NCBI GenBank assembly: GCA_963605995.1
Contig: CAVCYJ010000001.1
Coordinates: forward strand, 1 to 40,682
Length of the DNA: 40,682 nucleotides
DNA from: Holdemanella biformis
Lineage (GTDB): Bacteria; Bacillota; Clostridia; Lachnospirales; Lachnospiraceae
Direction of reading: 5' to 3'
Both the position numbers and the translations under genes were made by a program. The notes under the pieces were generated by a model. The model had not been told where the DNA came from and searched no databases. It saw only the letters and a program-made list of their open reading frames with translations. Positions 34,456-40,682 of this stretch are shown here, one piece after another; within the stretch, counting starts at the first letter, position 1, and each line of letters opens with the position of its first letter.

Positions 34456-36945
34456 ATGAGTAACAATAATAACAGCAAAAAACAATATAACAGGGGTTTT
34501 TCTCTGTTTACAGTTCTTGTAGCGGTATCTTTTGCGGGAATTTTGGGATTACTTGTTTTGTATATGGCTCTTTCTAATTTCAATATGAAGATTACGGATC
34601 TGAAGGGGAAAGACAGTTTTTATACGGCAGAACAGGCACTGGAGGAAATCAGGGCAGGCTTGCAGGAAGATGTGGGAGATGCTATGTCCGTGGCATACAC
34701 GAAGGTCATGGAAACCTATAATAAGGATTCCGGTTCCGGTGATGTATCTCTGGACAAACAGCGTCAGAATGATTTTAAAAGCTATTTCGTAGATGAACTG
34801 GTTGAAAAACTCCGGGACGGGGAAGGTCAGAGCGAAAACAGATATAAATTACAATACCTGAAAAATTATGTGGATCTGTCAGGAAAAATTGATAATGACA
34901 GAGAATCACTGCTCATTATCAATCCGAACGGTGAGGACCCTGTTATGGAAAGCAGTGAAAAAACAGGCATTTTGCTCAAAAATCTGGAAGTAATCTATGT
35001 AGATGCGAAGGGAAGAGCTTCTGTTATTGAAACGGATATCCGGCTGAAAATCCCGGAGGTGGAATTTCCGACCCCATCTACATTACCGGATCTTATGAAT
35101 ATGATCGTTGTGGCAGATCAGGGAATTGTATGTAAAGGTGCCGCAGGACAGAATTCAACGATCAGCGGAAGCATTTATGCCGGGCTGTTGCCGGATGAAT
35201 TATCCGGAAAGGATAAAGGGACAAGTATTTACGTTGAGCCGGGTGCCAGTCTGGATATTACTTCCGGAGATAAAATTGTAGCAGAAGGCCTGATCGATGT
35301 AGAGTTAAATTCAACATTTACCACCGGTACGGGGGTAAATCTGTGGGCGAAGGGTCTTAATACGGATTCTGCACAGCTGGTAAGCCTGACGGGTTCCACG
35401 TATTTCGCGGATGACCTGACTATTTCGGGACGTAATAATCGTGTGGTACTTGCCGGAAAGTACTATGGATATGGGTTCACGGAATCTGCTTTGTCATCTG
35501 ACTGTAAATTTAAAGAAACTTATGAAAATGCAGATACAAAAACTGCAGATCTGAACAGCGCGATTTCCATTAACGGAAAAAATACTACGCTTGATCTTTC
35601 CGGAATACAGAAACTGATGCTGGCAGGTAAGAACTATATTGCGAGTACAAAAATTCCTGTATCTGAAGCACAGGGAGAGAATAAACAGGATCTTATGACC
35701 GGAGAAAGTCTGACAGTGAAGGGGACACAGATCGCATATCTGGCTCCGACTGAAATACTGGGCAGCAGTAATATGTCAGAAAAAGACAGGAGTGCGATGA
35801 ACAATCCAATGACCTTTGATGTGTTCAGCTCCTATTATGCAGATAAGGGTCTGAAGGATACGGATGCAGATCAGGTTGCGGTTCAGTGGGATACCCCTGT
35901 GGAATTATGGAACAATAAAACTCTCCGGGAAATCGGCGTGGATGAAGATGAACCTGTAAAAACAGTTTTTTATAATAATGGTGAAAATGGCTTTGTGTAT
36001 TTATATCTGAATTTTACGGACAGTCAGAAAGCGTCTGATTTTATGCAGTATTTCTATCAGGGCAGTATAAAAGAAAAAATGGACCAGTATCTGTCGTTTT
36101 ATTTTGGCAGTGATGGTTCCGGAATTAATATATTAGATCCGCAGGCATATCTGCGCTATGTCACCAATGGGAATGTGCTTTCTTATGACAGTGATAAACA
36201 GAGCGGAAATATGGAGGCTGCAACAAATGCAGGAAGTCCGGATGCTAAAGTGCTTCAGGAGCAGATTGGTTATCAGAATACCTGGTATGCCCTGAACAGA
36301 AAGATGATCACCAGTTATGATCTGCTGAATACAGAAGTAAAAGAGGATGACGATGAAACCCATAATGAGACGGCAGCGGACAGAAGCGTATATGATAATC
36401 TGGTAAATGAAAAGAAGATGGTTCAGTTTATAGAGAATACGGTTCAGGATGGGTCTAAAAAATATGTATATCCTGTGAATGCGGATAACAGTGATTCGGA
36501 AGCGATCATGTATCACAATGGTGCAAGCAGTACCTTTAAGGTAAAAAAGAACGGACTGGAAACAACAGAAACTGTCAGCGGTGCGAACCAGACATTAAAG
36601 ATCACGAAGGCGAATGAAGATAAATTACGTCTGGTAGTATGCACCGGAGATGTAGAAATTGAGGACGGAGTTCATTTCAGGGGAATTATCATGACCAGGG
36701 GGACTCTTACACTTGGCACAGGTGCAACACTGGAATCCTCTCCACTTGAAGCTGCGAAGGTATTTCAGGCACAGATCAGTTCTCTGGAAGATGGTGAAAC
36801 TGCCAGGGCACAGGATTTCTTCTGGGATGGTGATAAATATGTTCTTGGAAATTCTTCCTCTTCAAGTACAGATAATAATACAGATAATTCTGAAGTTTAT
36901 GATCTGGCAGATTGTGTAACTTATGAGAACTGGAAAAAAGAGTAG
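34456..36945 (+). CDS. Very large minor prepilin, PilX/GspK-like (829 aa)
   Basis: NRG/FSLFTVLVAV lacks E5; SFYTAEQALEEI; beta-solenoid-like segments (GDVEI..FRGIIMTRGTLTL); ends YENWKKE. Confidence 0.8.
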   Translation: MSNNNNSKKQYNRGFSLFTVLVAVSFAGILGLLVLYMALSNFNMKITDLKGKDSFYTAEQALEEIRAGLQEDVGDAMSVAYTKVMETYNKDSGSGDVSLDKQRQNDFKSYFVDELVEKLRDGEGQSENRYKLQYLKNYVDLSGKIDNDRESLLIINPNGEDPVMESSEKTGILLKNLEVIYVDAKGRASVIETDIRLKIPEVEFPTPSTLPDLMNMIVVADQGIVCKGAAGQNSTISGSIYAGLLPDELSGKDKGTSIYVEPGASLDITSGDKIVAEGLIDVELNSTFTTGTGVNLWAKGLNTDSAQLVSLTGSTYFADDLTISGRNNRVVLAGKYYGYGFTESALSSDCKFKETYENADTKTADLNSAISINGKNTTLDLSGIQKLMLAGKNYIASTKIPVSEAQGENKQDLMTGESLTVKGTQIAYLAPTEILGSSNMSEKDRSAMNNPMTFDVFSSYYADKGLKDTDADQVAVQWDTPVELWNNKTLREIGVDEDEPVKTVFYNNGENGFVYLYLNFTDSQKASDFMQYFYQGSIKEKMDQYLSFYFGSDGSGINILDPQAYLRYVTNGNVLSYDSDKQSGNMEAATNAGSPDAKVLQEQIGYQNTWYALNRKMITSYDLLNTEVKEDDDETHNETAADRSVYDNLVNEKKMVQFIENTVQDGSKKYVYPVNADNSDSEAIMYHNGASSTFKVKKNGLETTETVSGANQTLKITKANEDKLRLVVCTGDVEIEDGVHFRGIIMTRGTLTLGTGATLESSPLEAAKVFQAQISSLEDGETARAQDFFWDGDKYVLGNSSSSSTDNNTDNSEVYDLADCVTYENWKKE

Positions 36946-36998
36946 CCCGCAGACAGTGATCTCAGTATGTGGATAAACAAAAAAGGAAGGTGATGCGG

Positions 36999-37607
36999 AT
37001 GAAAAAGAAAAACAGAGGTTTTACTCTTATAGAAATGATCGTTGTCGTATCTGTATTTGCGATACTTCTTGGGATTCTGGTTCCTTCCCTGAACTCGATA
37101 CTGGGATTTCGGGTACAGAGAGCGGCGAATTCCATTGCAGCGGCTCTGGATCAGACAAAAACTGAAGCGTCTAACCGCCTGGTCGGAGAGATGAAGCTGG
37201 AGAAGCGTTCGGACGGATATTATATCAGCTATATCCTGGACAGAGGTAAGGTAAACGGTCAGGAGAATATAAAGACGAATGAGAATGAAGAGAAGATTGC
37301 CCCTTCCGGGACACAGATCAGCTATGTGATAAATGGAACAGAACAATCTATTGATGAAGGTAGCGGTATTGTCATTACATTTGACAGGGCAACGGGGGGA
37401 TTTCTGCCGCTGCAGCAACAGGAGGAGGGCTGCTGGGATCATTATGATATTTTTGGTGCATTAGAAAACGGCAGCAGTATTTTTGCAGACAGAAGCGGAT
37501 TAACTAATCTGGGATATTGTGACCGTATCATTGTCAGGGGCGGAGGCAGAGTCCGGAACATTGTTTTATATAAAGATACCGGAAAGTATAAGATCACAGC
37601 AGGATGA
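36999..37607 (+). CDS. Minor prepilin, FimT/GspH-like
   Basis: KKKNRG/FTLIEMIVVV..P; AANSIAAALDQTKTEA; ITFDRATGG; TGKY. Start ATG 36999 behind GGAAGG. Confidence 0.85.
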   Translation: MKKKNRGFTLIEMIVVVSVFAILLGILVPSLNSILGFRVQRAANSIAAALDQTKTEASNRLVGEMKLEKRSDGYYISYILDRGKVNGQENIKTNENEEKIAPSGTQISYVINGTEQSIDEGSGIVITFDRATGGFLPLQQQEEGCWDHYDIFGALENGSSIFADRSGLTNLGYCDRIIVRGGGRVRNIVLYKDTGKYKITAG

Positions 37608-37657
37608 CCGAGTGGATATCCGGCTGAAATGAATGGAACCTGAGGGGGAGATTATTT

Positions 37658-38257
37658 ATGGGAAAGCGTAACGGAAAGCAGAAACTGAACAACAGCGGAC
37701 TGACCCTGATCGAATTGATCGTTACGATTGCGATCATTGGCATTTTTTCCGGAGTTATAGTGACCTATATTACATCAGGCTCCAGTCTGTACAGAAATAC
37801 CTCCAACGCTGTGAAGATCCAGACAGAAGCGCAGGAAACATTTGACAGGCTTGAAGATATCATAGTTAATGCCAATCGAACAATATCGTATGATGCAACG
37901 GGGCATGTCTTTAATACTGACAGTTATGATAAAAAATTATCCGGTGCAGATGAAGATGGTTCATCTTCTGATAATACAGAGGATAATGTTGTAAATGTCA
38001 GAGACACGATTACATGGGACCAGACAACGAAAGAACTCAGCTACATTCGTTATGAGAAATCCCAAAGTGGATGGACATCGTCTGATCCTGAGATTTTAGC
38101 CACAGATGTTACATATTTTAACGTAGATACAGGTAAGATTTCGAGCGACAATATTGTCAGTTTTACTCTCAGAATAAAAAAAGGAACGAAAGAAATCGAG
38201 ACAATGCACAGCGTCGGACTGCGCAACAGCCTGAAATCTGAAAGTGCAGCTGGCTGA
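37658..38257 (+). CDS. Minor prepilin, PilW/GspJ-like
   Basis: NNSG/LTLIELIVTIAI; IQTEAQ..RLEDII..A; ILATDVT.F; V.LRN C-terminal motif. Confidence 0.85.
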   Translation: MGKRNGKQKLNNSGLTLIELIVTIAIIGIFSGVIVTYITSGSSLYRNTSNAVKIQTEAQETFDRLEDIIVNANRTISYDATGHVFNTDSYDKKLSGADEDGSSSDNTEDNVVNVRDTITWDQTTKELSYIRYEKSQSGWTSSDPEILATDVTYFNVDTGKISSDNIVSFTLRIKKGTKEIETMHSVGLRNSLKSESAAG

Positions 38258-38298
38258 AGCAAAGGCATACGTAAATAAGAGCTGAATCGTATAAGCAT

Positions 38299-38334
38299 TA
38301 AGGGGACTGGTGATTTTGCCAGTCCCTTATTTTG
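38299..38334 (+). terminator. Terminator after the minor pilin cluster
   Basis: Stem gggactgg / ccagtccc followed by ttattttg. Confidence 0.75.
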
Positions 38335-38374
38335 TAAAAGATTTCACAATTTTTCCCATGTACTCACATTGAAT

Positions 38375-38402
38375 TTGACAATATTTTGTGATAGGCTATA
38401 AG
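38375..38402 (+). promoter_or_regulatory. Sigma-A-type promoter of the large secreted protein
   Basis: TTGACA-16 bp-TATAAG. Confidence 0.5.
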
Positions 38403-38456
38403 AGTGAAAAAATATAAAATATAATGTGGTTTTTACCAAGGAGAATCAGGAAATAT

Positions 38457-40682
38457 ATGAAAATCAGGCATAAAAAAGTGGCAGCATCAGGAATAGCGGT
38501 TGCCCTGGCGGGCATTTTGGGAGTGGGAGCGTTACTGCAGACCAGTGTCTCTGTACAGGCATCTTCAGCCATGATGCCCGGTATCGAGCAGATCGTAAAT
38601 GATACAACGGCAGATAAACCCTTTAAGATCCTTGAGATCGTAGATGAAACAGATGATGCGGAGATCGGATATTATGTATCCGGGCAGGAACCGTATGTCA
38701 AACTGTATTCCTATACATATAAATATACAGAGGATGGAGTGGAAAAAGAAAAAACAATCCATTTCCAGACACTGGAGGAAGGCCTGGAGCAGCTGCCGAA
38801 CAGGAAGCTCCGTACAGAATTTGCATCGAATACAAAGACGGACTCAGAGGGAAACGCAGAAGAAACAGGGATAAAGGATGTGAAAGACGTTTCTTATCAG
38901 GCGGGAACTTCTTCGATGGATGAACAGAGCTATCCTCTTTCTTACAGCGAATATACGGAGAAATATTTTCTTACAGATGATGAAAAAGACTCAAAAGCAT
39001 GGACGCAGATAGATTTCAGAGATATCAGTACCGGAGAGAGCAGAACAGATATTGTTAAGGAAAAGGGAAATTATCAGGAGAATGCAGCCGGCACCGGTGA
39101 CTATACAAAGCAGGATCAGGAATATTACCCGATCCGCAGTGACTCTGATGAAGATAAAGCGAAAACAGAGAAATACCGTGAGAATATCCAGAACTTTTAT
39201 TATGCGGATAATGACGGAGCAGGAGCTTCTTATTATCTTGATTTTGAAGAAGTGGATAACAGTACGGTAAACCAGGCATTTAAAAATGAGGATAAAAGCG
39301 GAATCCTTGCAGATTATAATTATAATAACGGGGGATATGGATACTATGAAAATGTCTATAATGACCTGACAGAAGAAATTGTTCAGAATATCCTGGCCGG
39401 CACCTATACTTTTCCGGGAGAAAACATGGAATTGTCAAAGGATCTTTCGATTTCTGACAGTGATAAGAAGCTGGTGCTTATGGTTCCGGATAAGGACGGA
39501 ACACGTACAGCAAGTGCCAGCTCTTTCTCTGATGGTGAGGATGATTTTTCCAGTATTAACGGGACAGATACAGACAGTCAGGCGGCAGAAGGAAATCAGA
39601 CCTCCGGTCAGCCTGATATTTCCTCAGATGAAAGTCAGTCAGTACAGGCGGCATCGGATTCATTTTCAACAGGGGATTTTTCTGACGGAACGGATCCGGC
39701 AGCGGACGTAGGTAATACGGACACTCAGACAACGGACGATGCGGTGTCTGATACAGCGTTTGATTCTGACCCGGCTGCCCTGACGGACTCAGTTCAGACA
39801 GATGCCACAAAGCAGCCGCTTATTCCCTATACTCAGACAGAAAAAGATGAGAACGGACAGAAAGTAACAGAGCTGGATCCTGACATTGGCACATCCGCCA
39901 ATCCAGAGGTATATTATGGTGTGACAATCGATACCTATCCTTATTATCAGTACACACTGATCAGTGACATGAAGAAGATTGTTCAGTGTGCGAATGTAAA
40001 TGCGGCTGCTGTAGCAGACGGAACTTTCATGCCCAGTGCTGAGTATGAAGAAAACAATATTACCTTTCAGGATGGTCAGTACTGGTATTGGATCGTAAAT
40101 ACAGACGGGACTTACACAAAAACTCCGATTTCTGTAGTTACACAGCGTCAGCCGGTTTCCTATGATGACATCCGTGAGCTTCCGGATCTGGGTTATAACT
40201 ATTATTACAGAGTCAGACAGGCATATTTCTGCTGTAAAACCGCTGCATCAGCGGATACTGATTCGAATGCACAGCAATCCTCTCAGTATTTCGGATGGTA
40301 TTCCCCTTCATATCCGGAGAACCAGGATGTATATATACCGGTCAGTGATAATGTAAAAACAGCCACACATTACATCTCCGAGGCAGAGTATAAACTGACT
40401 CCGGGTACGGGAAATTATGATTTCGTTCCGGATGATAATGCAGAGGCACAGACAGTAGAAGTGAATCATATGTATTATCAGGGTGGCTATACAAACCATG
40501 ACTGGTTTAAACGTTATGTATTTCATCTGTCACCGGAAGACGAAGATGAAACAGTCAGGAAGCAGTTTGATAATTTTAAAATAGAAGTTACAACGATGAC
40601 TGCTGAAAAATTCAATGAAATGTATGGCGGGGAAGTATCAGAAGTCGAATCCATGGTCAGCGAAGCCGGAGTAGAACTGGTA
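38457..40682 (+). CDS. Large secreted acidic protein, DUF5057-like N-terminus, 3' truncated (at least 742 codons)
   Basis: Absent from the ORF track because there is no stop in the window. RBS AAGGAG; MKIRHKKVAASGIAVALAGILGVGALLQTSVSVQA signal peptide; then KPFKILEIVDETDDAEIGYYVSGQEP. I translated the first ~220 codons by hand and the last codons are in the same frame. Confidence 0.8.
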   Translation, partial: MKIRHKKVAASGIAVALAGILGVGALLQTSVSVQASSAMMPGIEQIVNDTTADKPFKILEIVDETDDAEIGYYVSGQEPYVKLYSYTYKYTEDGVEKEKTIHFQTLEEGLEQLPNRKLRTEFASNTKTDSEGNAEETGIKDVKDVSYQAGTSSMDEQSYPLSYSEYTEKYFLTDDEKDSKAWTQIDFRDISTGESRTDIVKEKGNYQENAAGTGDYTKQDQEYYPIRSDSDEDKAKTEKYRENIQNFYYADNDGAGASYYLDFEEVDNSTVNQAFKNEDKSGILADYNYNNGGYGYYENVYNDLTEEIVQNILAGTYTFPGENMELSKDLSISDSDKKLVLMVPDKDGTRTASASSFSDGEDDFSSINGTDTDSQAAEGNQTSGQPDISSDESQSVQAASDSFSTGDFSDGTDPAADVGNTDTQTTDDAVSDTAFDSDPAALTDSVQTDATKQPLIPYTQTEKDENGQKVTELDPDIGTSANPEVYYGVTIDTYPYYQYTLISDMKKIVQCANVNAAAVADGTFMPSAEYEENNITFQDGQYWYWIVNTDGTYTKTPISVVTQRQPVSYDDIRELPDLGYNYYYRVRQAYFCCKTAASADTDSNAQQSSQYFGWYSPSYPENQDVYIPVSDNVKTATHYISEAEYKLTPGTGNYDFVPDDNAEAQTVEVNHMYYQGGYTNHDWFKRYVFHLSPEDEDETVRKQFDNFKIEVTTMTAEKFNEMYGGEVSEVESMVSEAGVELV

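Noticed and set aside
24089..38257. Com (ComG) competence pilus, T2SS or Tad system
   Set aside because: PilT, PilMN/O and a tetracysteine PilB identify T4aP; there is no secretin, ComEA/ComEC or Tad gene in the window.
28554..38257. Shufflon, silent pilin cassettes or invertible phase switch
   Set aside because: No recombinase is present, the pilin 5' ends are dissimilar at DNA level, and I saw no long flanking inverted repeats.
38565..40526. Cluster of short ORFs suggesting a pseudogene or small-protein region
   Set aside because: All are alternate-frame by-products of the single long ORF starting at 38457.

Overview
Chromosomal window of a gut Firmicute. Gene content and RBS/promoter style suggest Lachnospiraceae, Blautia-like (inference). 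Almost all genes are on the + strand. I found no mobile element or CRISPR array. In order: the 3' end of a RidA-family gene; a YczE-membrane/cytidylate-kinase-like fusion, a LysR regulator and a convergent stand-alone kinase-like gene; a MacAB/YknXYZ-like ABC exporter with an oversized adaptor behind an 11-bp-periodic operator array; a three-subunit molybdenum hydroxylase running directly into two membrane genes (possible split GT-C transferase) and a choline-binding-repeat polysaccharide deacetylase; tRNA-Arg(CCG); an SH3 protein; a pseudouridine synthase, ligA and metA; small genes; an NlpC/P60 hydrolase. The last 17 kb hold a complete monoderm type IVa pilus locus: pilB, pilT, pilC, major pilin, pilD, fused pilMN, pilO-like, four minor pilins (two of them 557 and 829 aa), and a large secreted DUF5057-like protein that runs off the window end. 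The best candidates for novelty are the pilus tip/adhesin module and its non-coding elements, the YczE-kinase-like/LysR module, the putative split GT-C pair and the giant ABC adaptor. All family calls come from motif recognition by eye, not database searches.
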